From: Anaerolineae bacterium
GTDB taxonomy: Bacteria > Chloroflexota > Anaerolineae > Anaerolineales > UBA4823
Assembly (NCBI GenBank): GCA_003130835.1
Contig: QEXX01000004.1
Span: 3,826 to 67,825, forward strand
DNA length: 64,000 bases
Reading direction: 5' to 3'
Each line of letters opens with the position of its first letter. Positions within the stretch are counted from its first letter, which is position 1. The position numbers were made by a program, and so were the translations under genes. The notes beneath the pieces are model-generated. The model did no database searches, was not told the DNA's origin, and saw only the letters and a program-made list of their open reading frames with translations. This document shows positions 54,061 through 63,385 of this stretch, piece by piece.

Positions 54061-55560
54061 TTAATGGCGGAAATGCCGTACGCCGGTATAGACCATTGCC
54101 ATGTTTGCAGCATCGGCAACAGCTAGGGAATCAGCATCTCGAATTGAGCCGCCCGGATGAATGATGGCGGTGATGCCGGCTTGGGCAGCGATTTCAACCG
54201 AGTCTGGAAAGGGGAAAAAGGCATCCGAAGCGAGAACAGCACCATGCGCCCGCTCTGCTGCGCGCTGAAGGGCGATGCGTACAGCATCTACCCGGTTCGG
54301 TTGACCACTCCCAATACCTACCGTCGCCGTGCCTTGAGCGATGACAATGGCGTTGGACTTAACGGGTTGAACAGCCTTCCAAGCGAAACGCAAAGCTTTC
54401 CACTCGGCAGGCGTTGGTTCACGGCGTGAGACGACTTTCCATGTGGTCATGGGGGGGTCGCCAAAATCAACGGTTTGGCGCAGCAAACCGCCGACAATTG
54501 AACGGTATTCATACTTCGTTGATTGGGGTGAGAGTGGAGCTTCGATCAGGCGACAGTTCTTTTTCGCTGATAAAACCTCTCTGGCAGACACGGAAAAAGC
54601 TGGAGCGATCATACACTCGATAAATAGGTCGTTCATTAACTCAGCCGTCTTGTCAGAGACTTCGCGGTTAAAGGCGATCACACCCCCGAAGGCAGAAATG
54701 GGATCAGACGCCAAGGCGCTTTGATAGGCCTCTTCTAGGTTATCGGCACAAGCAATCCCACAAGGAGAGAGGTGTTTGACGATCACAACACAAGGGTCAT
54801 CGAAGAGAGACACTGCTCGCCATGCTGCATCTAGGTCTAGGAGGTTATTGTAAGAAAGCGCTTTGCCTTGCAGGACTCTGCCTCCAAACGGTTGTGAAAG
54901 CGGTTGTTCGGAAAAAAGTTCTGCTTGTTGATGAGGGTTTTCACCATATTGAAGTTGTAGGATGGGGAACAGATGCAATGAGAGAGAGGCTTGTTGGCTT
55001 AGGAAGTCAGCGATGAGCGAGTCATAACGAGCAGTGAGGGCAAAGGTTTTTGCCGCCAGAGTCCGCCTTGTATGGAGCGAAACCTCTCCTCTTTCGATCT
55101 CGTCTAGAATTCGGGGATAATCTTTGGGGTCAAAGCAGACGGTAACCCTTTGCCAATTCTTGGCGGCAGCGCGGAGAAGCGCCACACCCCCGATATCGAT
55201 ATTCTCGATCGCTTCATTCAAAGATACATTGGGTTGAGCAATGGTTTGTTCGAAAGGATAGAGGTTGACGACCACCAGATCAATGGGTTCCCAACCCAGC
55301 TCTGATAGCTGGCGAAAATCTTCTGCGGTTGGGCGAGCAAGGATTCCAGCGTGAATGGCAGGATGCAAGGTCTTAACGCGCCCACCTAACACTTCTGGCG
55401 AGGCGGTGTATTGGGAGATTTCTCGGTGCGGCAGGTGATTTTGGGCTAAAAAGCGTGCCGTTCCACCGCTGGCTAAGAGAACCCAATTCCTATCGACTAA
55501 TTTTTTTGCAAATTCAGCCAATCCGGTTTTGTCCCAAACAGATAGGAGGGCAGTAGGCAT
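54061..55560 (-). CDS. purH: bifunctional AICAR transformylase / IMP cyclohydrolase
   Basis: ALLSVWDKTGL, SGGTARFL, GRVKTLHP, NLYPF, and the C-terminal FPFPDSVE...GGSIRD...MVYTGVRHFRH. Confidence 0.92.
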   Translation of the reverse strand: MPTALLSVWDKTGLAEFAKKLVDRNWVLLASGGTARFLAQNHLPHREISQYTASPEVLGGRVKTLHPAIHAGILARPTAEDFRQLSELGWEPIDLVVVNLYPFEQTIAQPNVSLNEAIENIDIGGVALLRAAAKNWQRVTVCFDPKDYPRILDEIERGEVSLHTRRTLAAKTFALTARYDSLIADFLSQQASLSLHLFPILQLQYGENPHQQAELFSEQPLSQPFGGRVLQGKALSYNNLLDLDAAWRAVSLFDDPCVVIVKHLSPCGIACADNLEEAYQSALASDPISAFGGVIAFNREVSDKTAELMNDLFIECMIAPAFSVSAREVLSAKKNCRLIEAPLSPQSTKYEYRSIVGGLLRQTVDFGDPPMTTWKVVSRREPTPAEWKALRFAWKAVQPVKSNAIVIAQGTATVGIGSGQPNRVDAVRIALQRAAERAHGAVLASDAFFPFPDSVEIAAQAGITAIIHPGGSIRDADSLAVADAANMAMVYTGVRHFRH

Positions 55561-55649
55561 CTCGATTCCCTTTCTATCAATTTTTCGGTAAAATTCCTGC
55601 CGATTTTAACATTATTTCGGCGTTCTGGTTAGCAATTTTCTTAAAACGG

Positions 55650-55658
55650 TGCTATGAT
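55650..55658 (+). promoter_or_regulatory. extended -10 promoter element for the response-regulator gene
   Basis: TGCTATGAT (TGnTATGAT). The ATG at 55654 used by the ORF track lies inside this element, which argues for the downstream GTG start. Confidence 0.4.
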
Positions 55659-55680
55659 ACCTTTTAGAAAGGAGACAAAG

Positions 55681-56898
55681 GTGAGCGGAAGGATTTTGGC
55701 TGTCGATGATGATCTGATGAATTTGAAACTGGTCTCAGCAGCATTGGGGCGCGAAGGGTTTGAAATCGTGACAGCAACGGATGGTAAAGAAGGCTATCAA
55801 AAAGCCGAGGAACTTCTCCCCGATCTTATCATCCTAGATGTCATGATGCCAGAAATGGATGGCTACCAAGTCTGTAGTCAACTGCGCAAGAACCCCAAAA
55901 CAGCAAATATACCGGTGATGATGCTCACCTCGTTGAGTTCTGTGGAACAGAAGATCAAGGGTTTCGATGCTGGGGCGGATGATTATTTAGCCAAGCCCTT
56001 TGTTCCAGATGAATTGATTGCCCATGTAAGAGCCTTAATGCGGCGCAAAGTCAGCACCGGCGAACCGACCGTTGAGGCAAATGGAAAAGTTATCGCAGTG
56101 TTTTCTCTGCGTGGCGGCGTGGGAGTTTCGACCCTAGCTTGTAATCTTGCTTGTGGATTAGCCTTGTTATGGGATCAGCCAACGGTTCTGGTGGACTTGG
56201 TTCTGGTTTCTGGTCAATCTGCCTTAATGTTTAATCTGCCTTACAGCCGCTCGTGGGGAAATTTGGCACGCATGCCTTTAGAGGAGATTGAGCCACTGGT
56301 TGTTAACGATGTCTTGCTTCAACATACCAGCGGCGTAAGGATACTGGCATCGTCACCTCAACCAGAGCTGAATGAATACTTGACTGGTGAAAAAGTGACT
56401 CAAGTATTGGGGATCCTAACCCGTCAGTACCCTTATATCGTGCTAGACCTGCCCCATGATTTTCAAGAGACAACTCTTGCTGGATTGGATGCCAGTCATG
56501 AGATCATCTTAGTGCTTGCGCCAGATTTAGCAACCGTGAGGACAACAGTATGCGCCTTAAATGTTTTTGAGAACTTACGGTACCCCAAGGAGATCATTCG
56601 TCTGGTACAGAATTGGATCTTTCCCAAAGGTGGTTTACCGCGGGCTGACATTGAAAAAGCCCTTGGGAGAACAATTGACCTTCAAATTCCTTACGCCTCC
56701 GAACAGATCGTTAAGGCAATTAATGTAGGCGCGCCACCTGTATATTTAGAAGCCCAATCTCCGCTAGGGGCGCTATTTGAAGATTTTGCTTTCTTACTTA
56801 GCAAGGATAGCCATAAAAAGACAAAGCCGCAATCTCCAACCCAAGCTTGGTTGCGGGTGGTGCAACGGTTCCAGCAACGACAAGCAAAAAAATCTTAG
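55681..56898 (+). CDS. response regulator receiver domain fused to a CpaE/MinD/ParA-like domain with a degenerate Walker A
   Basis: REC domain: RILAVDDD, the phospho-acceptor context LIILDVMMP, and KPF. The P-loop region reads SLRGGVGVSTLACNLA instead of KGGVGK[ST]T. I chose the GTG at 55681 because it has an AAGGAG SD 6 nt upstream. Confidence 0.8.
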   Translation: MSGRILAVDDDLMNLKLVSAALGREGFEIVTATDGKEGYQKAEELLPDLIILDVMMPEMDGYQVCSQLRKNPKTANIPVMMLTSLSSVEQKIKGFDAGADDYLAKPFVPDELIAHVRALMRRKVSTGEPTVEANGKVIAVFSLRGGVGVSTLACNLACGLALLWDQPTVLVDLVLVSGQSALMFNLPYSRSWGNLARMPLEEIEPLVVNDVLLQHTSGVRILASSPQPELNEYLTGEKVTQVLGILTRQYPYIVLDLPHDFQETTLAGLDASHEIILVLAPDLATVRTTVCALNVFENLRYPKEIIRLVQNWIFPKGGLPRADIEKALGRTIDLQIPYASEQIVKAINVGAPPVYLEAQSPLGALFEDFAFLLSKDSHKKTKPQSPTQAWLRVVQRFQQRQAKKS

Positions 56899-56945
56899 AC
56901 CTGTTAGGAATACCGCTTGTTAGAGTTCATTGAGCCTAAAAATGG

Positions 56946-58637
56946 CTAATGTGGCTCTTGTAAAGGGGGTGCTTCGACTTCGGCTAGAAATCCTAAGGTG
57001 AGCAGTTGCTCAACTAGTTTTTTTTCTTTGCCTTGTGCAATGACGGCAGTGGTGGGGTTAAGCACTTGTTGAACGTATTTTGAACAGGGGCTTCGTTTGA
57101 TCTTCTCGAGGATTTCGGGGGAGCGAACTCTTAGGAGCGAGATGCGCTGTACTTCTATTTCGGTGTCATTCGTTATCCACCGACGCAAGGCTCGAATCAA
57201 GGTTGGTGGGAGGTTTGCGGCAGCCCGTTGGAGTAAGCGGGCTAAGTGTTGTGCGTTCAAGCCATTTTGCTGGGCACGCTTTAGGGACGAGGGTGTGATG
57301 CGATAGAGGTATTGTTCGTTTTGATAGCCTTCCCAAACACAAAAACGTGCAATTTGATAGCGAAGGGGTAGGGAAAAGCGGCGCGGGATTGCGATCACGC
57401 CTGACGAGAGAACCTGAAGCTTGTCTTCTGGAGATTCCTCATCGCTCGGTATTTGATTCTGGAGGAAAGCCTCTCCAATAGGAGTTAGGCGAAAGACAGT
57501 AGGCGACCGGTCATTCTTGAGCGTTCCGAGTTCGATGATGCCAAGCCAAACCAACGGCCCGCTAATTAGATAACGCAAAAGCTCTCCTTCAACGGAAAAC
57601 CAGCTATCGAATCCTTGCAAGAAGGTTCCATCATTGCGTCGCCGAATTAGCCAAACCTCATAATTTCCTGCAGGACGTTGGAAGTCGGGAAAATGATCAT
57701 GAATCGCCTTGATAAAGGAGTCGAGTTCATACCAGTCTGCTGAGCAGAGGGATTGCAATTGCTCAATGATAAAGTGGCGGGTGGCGATAGGATCGTTCTC
57801 CCACTCGCCGAGACATTCCAGATGTTCCAGTTGTTTCAGCTCATTAATAGCAGTCGATCTTAACCAGGTGTTGAAGAGGACTTGCAAGGCTTTTAGCCTT
57901 GGCAGATATAAAAACGTGCGCGTAGCCTCAGGAATCGGTGAACTGCTTGAGTCTAGGATTGCGGCTTCCGATAGGATGGCAATCAAAAATTCTGGCTTGA
58001 GCGGGATGGGCAAGCCTTTCTGGTGAGCTTGAGCGAGCAAGAAATGTTTTCTTAGCTCTGCTAGTCGGTGAGCTGCGGTCTTATCCAAGCGCAGCCAGGC
58101 TAAACAGGTACAGGCATCATCAACCAGTGCATCTTGAGTAGCCCCCATAGAAACAACTTGTTCGGGATTTGCAAACGCTTCATAAGGAAAGGCTTGTGTT
58201 GCTGCAGCCGCAGGGAGGATCGCTAAAAGCTCGCTTGGAATATAAACAAATTCCTCAATGCCGCGTTCCCCTTCAAGGAAGTCCTGGTAGATTAAGCCGT
58301 GAAAGGATAATATTTCGCTTGGATTTTGTGGAGAGAGATAAATCGCTTCTCGATCGCGTTTCCCTGCGCCAACTTGGCGAATCTCCCCGTATTTACGGGT
58401 AAAGACCGCTAATGGGAGACGGCCCTGATGGGAGAGCAAATCCTCGAATGCCAAGCGAGCATGATGCGGAAGGGTCTGCAGAACCTTGTGAAGATTAGGA
58501 GGGTCACTCAACCAAGCGCTGAGGTGCTGGATAGCTGTCTTTTTGTCCCTTAGCGGAATGTCTATACCCCAAAAGCGAGCGAGGATTCTCAGAAAGCCTA
58601 GGTCGGTTTTACTGAGGCTTTGGGATAAGGTAGGCAT
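56946..58637 (-). CDS. hypothetical protein with an XPB-N-terminal-like 'Helicase_C_3' type region (no helicase core)
   Basis: The C-terminal third (WYELDSFIKAI...GPLVWLGIIELG...ITPSSLKRAQQNGLNAQHLARLLQRAA.NLPPTLIRALRRW...LLRVRSPEILEKI) resembles the domain found in XPB-associated bacterial proteins. Recognised from memory only. Confidence 0.4.
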   Translation of the reverse strand: MPTLSQSLSKTDLGFLRILARFWGIDIPLRDKKTAIQHLSAWLSDPPNLHKVLQTLPHHARLAFEDLLSHQGRLPLAVFTRKYGEIRQVGAGKRDREAIYLSPQNPSEILSFHGLIYQDFLEGERGIEEFVYIPSELLAILPAAAATQAFPYEAFANPEQVVSMGATQDALVDDACTCLAWLRLDKTAAHRLAELRKHFLLAQAHQKGLPIPLKPEFLIAILSEAAILDSSSSPIPEATRTFLYLPRLKALQVLFNTWLRSTAINELKQLEHLECLGEWENDPIATRHFIIEQLQSLCSADWYELDSFIKAIHDHFPDFQRPAGNYEVWLIRRRNDGTFLQGFDSWFSVEGELLRYLISGPLVWLGIIELGTLKNDRSPTVFRLTPIGEAFLQNQIPSDEESPEDKLQVLSSGVIAIPRRFSLPLRYQIARFCVWEGYQNEQYLYRITPSSLKRAQQNGLNAQHLARLLQRAAANLPPTLIRALRRWITNDTEIEVQRISLLRVRSPEILEKIKRSPCSKYVQQVLNPTTAVIAQGKEKKLVEQLLTLGFLAEVEAPPLQEPH

Positions 58638-58643
58638 GGGCGT

Positions 58644-59561
58644 TTAGCAAATGACCTGGATGGCGGAAGGAATGAGATTGATTTTGAGAGAGCGGACATC
58701 CATACCAAAGCCGGAGAAAATTTCTCCATCGGTGTGAATGACCAAGTTTTGATCGGCATGAATTTCCATCTCCTTAAATTCTCCACTGCGGGTCAGGCTG
58801 AACTTGAGATGGGTGCCTCGCATAACCTCGGGTAAGAGGCGCAGCATCATCGGCCGGGAAACTTGGGGAATACCCACGTAATTAAAAACGCCGTCGTCAA
58901 CTTTGGCTGGTGGATAAACATGAAATCCCCCTCCTTCGCGATTTCCGTTGCACAGAATGAATAGAAGCAACTGATCTGTCCAAGAGTGCCGATCGGTCTT
59001 AATTTGAAAATGCGGGGCTTTGCTATTCAGGATGATGGTTTGCATGACCGCTAATAAATAAATCAGAAATCCACTGAAAGCCGTGAAACGGCGCGAACGG
59101 ATTGTGACAATGGCATCAAAACCGATCCCCAAAGCGTTATCCCAATATTCAACCCGACCATGATTGTCTTCTACGCTTCCAATGTCAACCCATTTTGGAC
59201 TGCCGGTAAAGATTTGACGAATAGCATACTCGGGTTCTGAATGCATTCCTACAGCAAAGGCAAAGTCATTTCCGGAGCCAAGCGGAACAATCCCAAGCGG
59301 CGGGCGCTGTTGGGGAGGCACTTGCATTAAGCCATTGACGACCTCATGAGTTGTTCCATCGCCGCCAGCCGAGATGATCAGCTCGTAACCATCCAGAGCG
59401 GCTTGTTTTGCCAACTCAGTGGCGTGGGTGGGGTAGACGGTACCAGCCCAATCGGCACCCCCAAATGCTTGAACGATGGGGCGCAAATTCGATGCCTTAT
59501 GCCAGGCTCGTCCAAGGTCTGCGTTGGGATTGACGATCAGCTTAACTTTTCGTTTGTGCAT
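58644..59561 (-). CDS. diacylglycerol kinase catalytic-domain family lipid kinase (YegS/BmrU-like)
   Basis: KLIVNPNA, GGDGTTHEVVNG, PLGSGNDFA. 305 aa. Confidence 0.85.
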   Translation of the reverse strand: MHKRKVKLIVNPNADLGRAWHKASNLRPIVQAFGGADWAGTVYPTHATELAKQAALDGYELIISAGGDGTTHEVVNGLMQVPPQQRPPLGIVPLGSGNDFAFAVGMHSEPEYAIRQIFTGSPKWVDIGSVEDNHGRVEYWDNALGIGFDAIVTIRSRRFTAFSGFLIYLLAVMQTIILNSKAPHFQIKTDRHSWTDQLLLFILCNGNREGGGFHVYPPAKVDDGVFNYVGIPQVSRPMMLRLLPEVMRGTHLKFSLTRSGEFKEMEIHADQNLVIHTDGEIFSGFGMDVRSLKINLIPSAIQVIC

Positions 59562-59568
59562 AGCCTTA

Positions 59569-60348
59569 TCACCATCGATGGGATTCGTAACGGGGTTTCA
59601 TCTCTTTCGTAGGGATGAGGATTTGTCCTTCTTCGGGGTGCCCGATTAGGGATACAGAAGAAGGATTGTGTTTTGCTAGCCAAGCACAATAAGCAGCGAT
59701 GGCAGCATCTAGTTCGTTAGGGATTAACACAAGATCCGTGGGAAAGTTTCCATGCAGAACCTTATAGCGAGTGATTTCTTCGAAGAATCGCATAGGATCG
59801 GGAAGGTGAACGTTTCTTTCATAGAGGAGAAGTTGTCGTTGTAGGCGTCCTTCGAGGCTCTGTTTCGGAAGAGGATGGTGACCCAAGAGAATGGTAAACG
59901 CTGCGTGTGGGTAGGTTTCAAGATATTGATAAGGAGCGTTCTCGGTCGGAAAGGGTTGAAACCCCATTTTTTGCAACTGACGGTACAACTGAAACCCCTT
60001 TTGCATCCAACGGGGACAATCTGGTTCTTTGGAAGGAGTAGGGATGATTTTGATGCGGTGTTTTCGCAAGATGACTTCGCAGAGGCGATAATTGACCCAA
60101 CGACCCGGGCGAAGGGACGGGTTGACTGCACGACGGATGGATTCATTTTCCATGAGCCGCTGATTCGGTTGAAGAGGAGAGCAGATTGCTACAATGCAAT
60201 TGGGCTGATTGGCAAGAAAGGATAGCGTTCCCGGCAGATCGGTGCTCCCTTTTTGAATCGGTAACAGGTGGTCATCTAGAGCGATAAAGACAAAAGGCTT
60301 TTTGGCTGCCGTTGGGTCAATCCCGATAAAGAGTGAGTTCTGAAACAT
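59569..60348 (-). CDS. DUF429-like protein (predicted RNase H-fold)
   Basis: N-terminal FIGIDPTA, central RLCEVILRK, ETYPHAAFTILLG, and C-terminal ELDAAIAAYCAW fit the DUF429 pattern. I chose the ATG at 60348 for its GGAGGGTGAGC SD; the 159-nt upstream extension in the ORF track is Cys/Phe-rich and looks non-coding. Confidence 0.5.
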   Translation of the reverse strand: MFQNSLFIGIDPTAAKKPFVFIALDDHLLPIQKGSTDLPGTLSFLANQPNCIVAICSPLQPNQRLMENESIRRAVNPSLRPGRWVNYRLCEVILRKHRIKIIPTPSKEPDCPRWMQKGFQLYRQLQKMGFQPFPTENAPYQYLETYPHAAFTILLGHHPLPKQSLEGRLQRQLLLYERNVHLPDPMRFFEEITRYKVLHGNFPTDLVLIPNELDAAIAAYCAWLAKHNPSSVSLIGHPEEGQILIPTKEMKPRYESHRW

Positions 60349-60583
60349 GCTCACCCTCCAATCCGAGAAAGTCATGGTTAATTGCATTGAGTGTATCCGA
60401 AAACAGCAGAAAATGCAATAAGCCAATAGACATTTTGAAAAGGGCAGATAGGTTTCATTGCAGGCTACCCTTAATATCATTCTCTTCGAACCTTTCTGAT
60501 TCTGCAAAACTTACGTTATACTAAGAATAGGTCAATTTCATGGTATTCGATCCATTTATCAGTGTTCAGAGGAGGATGTCAAA

Positions 60584-62158
60584 ATGACGGAACAATTCAA
60601 GTTAACCTATGCCACCATGTTCAACCCCCCTGAGGAAATGCATCTCCGCTTTGAGGAAGCCCTACAGCGGGTAAAGGCGAATTTAGGGAAAGAGTATGGG
60701 TTGATCATCAATAACGAAGATCGTTTTACGGAAGCGAAGATTGAAGATCGATCCCCCATAAATACGGACATGGTCTTAGGAATTTTTCAGAAGGGGGGAG
60801 TTGCAGAAGCGCAAGCGGCATTAGAGGCTGCTCGGGAGGCATTTCCAAAATGGAGCCGTCTTGATTGGAGAGAACGAGTCAAGTATCTGCGCAAGGTTGC
60901 AGATTTGATTGATCAGCACACCTTTGACATTGCTGCTGCCCTGTGTCTGGAGGTGGGCAAGAATAGAATGGAGGCGCTTGGAGACGTCGCAGAAACAGCT
61001 GACCTTATTCGTTATGCCTGCGATCAGATGGAGAAGAACAACGGTTATATTGTTCAAATGGGGAGTGATCCCCTAGTCGGATACAAAGCAACCAATTTTT
61101 CGGTTCTACGGCCTTATGGGGTTTGGTTGGTGATCAGCCCCTTTAATTTCCCTAGCGCGCTGAGCGGTGGTCCAATGGGGGCGGCCTTAGTCACCGGTAA
61201 TACGGTGGTCATGAAACCCGCAACCGATACCCCGTGGACGGTGCGCCTTTTGGTGGAATGTTTTCGCGATGCGGGTTTGCCAGAAGGCGTTTGTAACTAT
61301 GTGACCGGCCCAGGTAGCACACTCGGACAAGCGCTCATCGAAAGTGAAGTTGTCGATGGGATAACCTTTACCGGTTCTTATGATGTCGGCATGAAAATCT
61401 ACCGAGACTTTGCACAAGGAAAATACGTGCGTCCAATTATCTTGGAGTTGGGCGGTAAAAATCCAGCCATTGTCAGCCGCCATGCTGATTTAGAACGGGC
61501 AGCCATTGGCATTGTACGGTCTGCATTTGGCCTGCAAGGGCAAAAATGTTCTGCGTGTTCAAGGGTTTATGTCGAAGAGCCAATTTATGAACCATTGGTC
61601 AATCGACTGGTTGAGCTAACCCAAAAACTAGCAATCGGTGATCCCACTGAACGGACGGTCTATCTGGGGCCGGTAATCAATCAAAAAGCCTATCAGGATT
61701 ATCAGCACTTTGCGGAGGAGCTCTCTCAATCCGGTACGATTTTGACCGGTGGTAAAATCCTAACTGAGGGAGATTTGAGCAAAGGATACTTTTGCAGTCC
61801 TACTTTGGTCGCCGATCTGCCTTTAGACCATTACCTTTGGAAGTATGAAATGTTCTTGCCGATCACAACCATTGCTAAAGTGGCTGATTTAGAGCAGGCG
61901 ATGCAACTGGCAAATGATGTGGATTATGGTCTGACAGCCGGTTTTTATGGAACGAAAGAAGAAGCCCGATGGTTCTTTGAGAACATCCAAGCAGGCGTCA
62001 CTTATGCGAACCGGCCCCAAGGTGCAACTACAGGCGCATGGCCAGGCTATCAGCCCTTCGGTGGTTGGAAAGCCAGCGGTTCAACCGGAAAGAATGCTGG
62101 TGGTCTGTATTACCTGCCGCTCTACCTGCATGAACAAATCCAGACCCTAATTGAGTGA
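60584..62158 (+). CDS. aldehyde dehydrogenase family protein (1-pyrroline-5-carboxylate dehydrogenase-like)
   Basis: VISPFNFP, ELGGKNPAIV (catalytic Glu), GQKCSACSRVYV (catalytic Cys). The 524-aa size and N-terminal extension are typical of RocA/PruA-type enzymes. AGAGGAGG SD. Confidence 0.8.
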   Translation: MTEQFKLTYATMFNPPEEMHLRFEEALQRVKANLGKEYGLIINNEDRFTEAKIEDRSPINTDMVLGIFQKGGVAEAQAALEAAREAFPKWSRLDWRERVKYLRKVADLIDQHTFDIAAALCLEVGKNRMEALGDVAETADLIRYACDQMEKNNGYIVQMGSDPLVGYKATNFSVLRPYGVWLVISPFNFPSALSGGPMGAALVTGNTVVMKPATDTPWTVRLLVECFRDAGLPEGVCNYVTGPGSTLGQALIESEVVDGITFTGSYDVGMKIYRDFAQGKYVRPIILELGGKNPAIVSRHADLERAAIGIVRSAFGLQGQKCSACSRVYVEEPIYEPLVNRLVELTQKLAIGDPTERTVYLGPVINQKAYQDYQHFAEELSQSGTILTGGKILTEGDLSKGYFCSPTLVADLPLDHYLWKYEMFLPITTIAKVADLEQAMQLANDVDYGLTAGFYGTKEEARWFFENIQAGVTYANRPQGATTGAWPGYQPFGGWKASGSTGKNAGGLYYLPLYLHEQIQTLIE

Positions 62159-62228
62159 TTGAAACATGGTAAAACCAATTCTTTCTCTTCCCATCCTACG
62201 GTGATAAGGGAGCTTTAACTACTCAAGT

Positions 62229-62471
62229 ATGGAGGATGAGCCACTAGGGTATCGCGTCGGTATCTTTTTCATCGTCATCGGGTTTATGGCGTTGATACCC
62301 TTTGTGGCTTCTGAACAATTGAATCAACCAGATTATCGGTATTTTTGTCCTGGAATTTTGTTATTGGTAGCGGGTGGGGTCTTGATGTGGCGAAATCGTC
62401 CGCCAAAGCGTCAGGAGGTGCAACGCTTTCGCATCTTCAAACGCAAACCAAAGGAAAAACGAAAAGAGTGA
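62229..62471 (+). CDS. hypothetical small two-TM membrane protein with a basic tail
   Basis: 80 aa with two hydrophobic helices and a Lys/Arg-rich C-terminus. Ends 3 nt before the CoA-transferase gene. Confidence 0.4.
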   Translation: MEDEPLGYRVGIFFIVIGFMALIPFVASEQLNQPDYRYFCPGILLLVAGGVLMWRNRPPKRQEVQRFRIFKRKPKEKRKE

Positions 62472-62474
62472 ACT

Positions 62475-63377
62475 ATGAGCAAATTAATGACCTTGTCTGA
62501 AGCCATTCAAAGATACGTGCATGACGGCGATTTGGTTTATGCGGCTGGTTTTACACACTTGATCCCTTTTGCAGCCGGCCATGAGATCATTCGTCAGGGC
62601 AAGAAAAACCTAATTTTAGCTCGCGCCACTCCGGACTTGATCTATGACCAAATGGTAGCCGCCGGTTGTGCCAGAAAAGTGATTTTTTCCTACATGGGCA
62701 ATCCCGGAGTTGGTTCTTTACGGATTGTGCGCGCCGAGATTGAAGCAGGGAATTTGGAGTGGGAGGAGTACTCTCACTTCAGCATGATCTCTCGGTTGCA
62801 AGCTGGCGCGAGCGGTTTGCCCTTTATGCCCATGAATCCAACTGCTGCCGGCGATTTGGAACGCGTCAACCCCAATTACCGCCAAGTGATCGACCCCTAT
62901 AGCGGTAATGCGGTGGTCGTTGTTCCACCTTTGAAACCCGATGTGGCGATCGTGCATGTTCAACGCTGTGATGCGCAGGGAAACGCCCACATCTGGGGGA
63001 TCATCGGCGAGCAGAAAGAAGCGGCTTTTGCAGCAGAACGGGTGATCATCACCGCTGAAGAGATTGTGGATGAAAGCGTAATCCGCTCTGACCCCAATCG
63101 AACATTGATACCGGCGTTTATTGTTGATGCGGTTTGTCCTGTTCCCTATTGTGCTCACCCTTCATATACACAGGGGTATTACGATCGGGATAATGAGTTT
63201 TACCTCCAATGGGATGAGATCAGCAAAAGCCGTCAAAAAGTGCAGGAATATCTTGAAGAATGGGTGTTTGGCGTGCCGGATCGGGTAGCCTATTGGGAAA
63301 AACTCGGTGAGGAAGTTCACCAGAGATTGAAAGTGGGGGAAAGACTGAGCGCGCCGGTAAACTACGGATTATACTAG
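62475..63377 (+). CDS. CoA-transferase subunit A (GctA-like), paralog of 14978..15949
   Basis: Shares EIIRQGKKNL and overall architecture with the first A subunit. 300 aa. Confidence 0.75.
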   Translation: MSKLMTLSEAIQRYVHDGDLVYAAGFTHLIPFAAGHEIIRQGKKNLILARATPDLIYDQMVAAGCARKVIFSYMGNPGVGSLRIVRAEIEAGNLEWEEYSHFSMISRLQAGASGLPFMPMNPTAAGDLERVNPNYRQVIDPYSGNAVVVVPPLKPDVAIVHVQRCDAQGNAHIWGIIGEQKEAAFAAERVIITAEEIVDESVIRSDPNRTLIPAFIVDAVCPVPYCAHPSYTQGYYDRDNEFYLQWDEISKSRQKVQEYLEEWVFGVPDRVAYWEKLGEEVHQRLKVGERLSAPVNYGLY

Positions 63378-63385
63378 GGGTAAAA

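Noticed and set aside
60349-60507. 53-codon N-terminal extension of the DUF429-like ORF given by the ORF track
   Set aside because: The extension is Cys/Phe-rich and lacks an SD, whereas the ATG at 60348 has a GGAGGGTGAGC SD and begins the conserved FIGID motif. It is treated as 5' UTR or promoter region.
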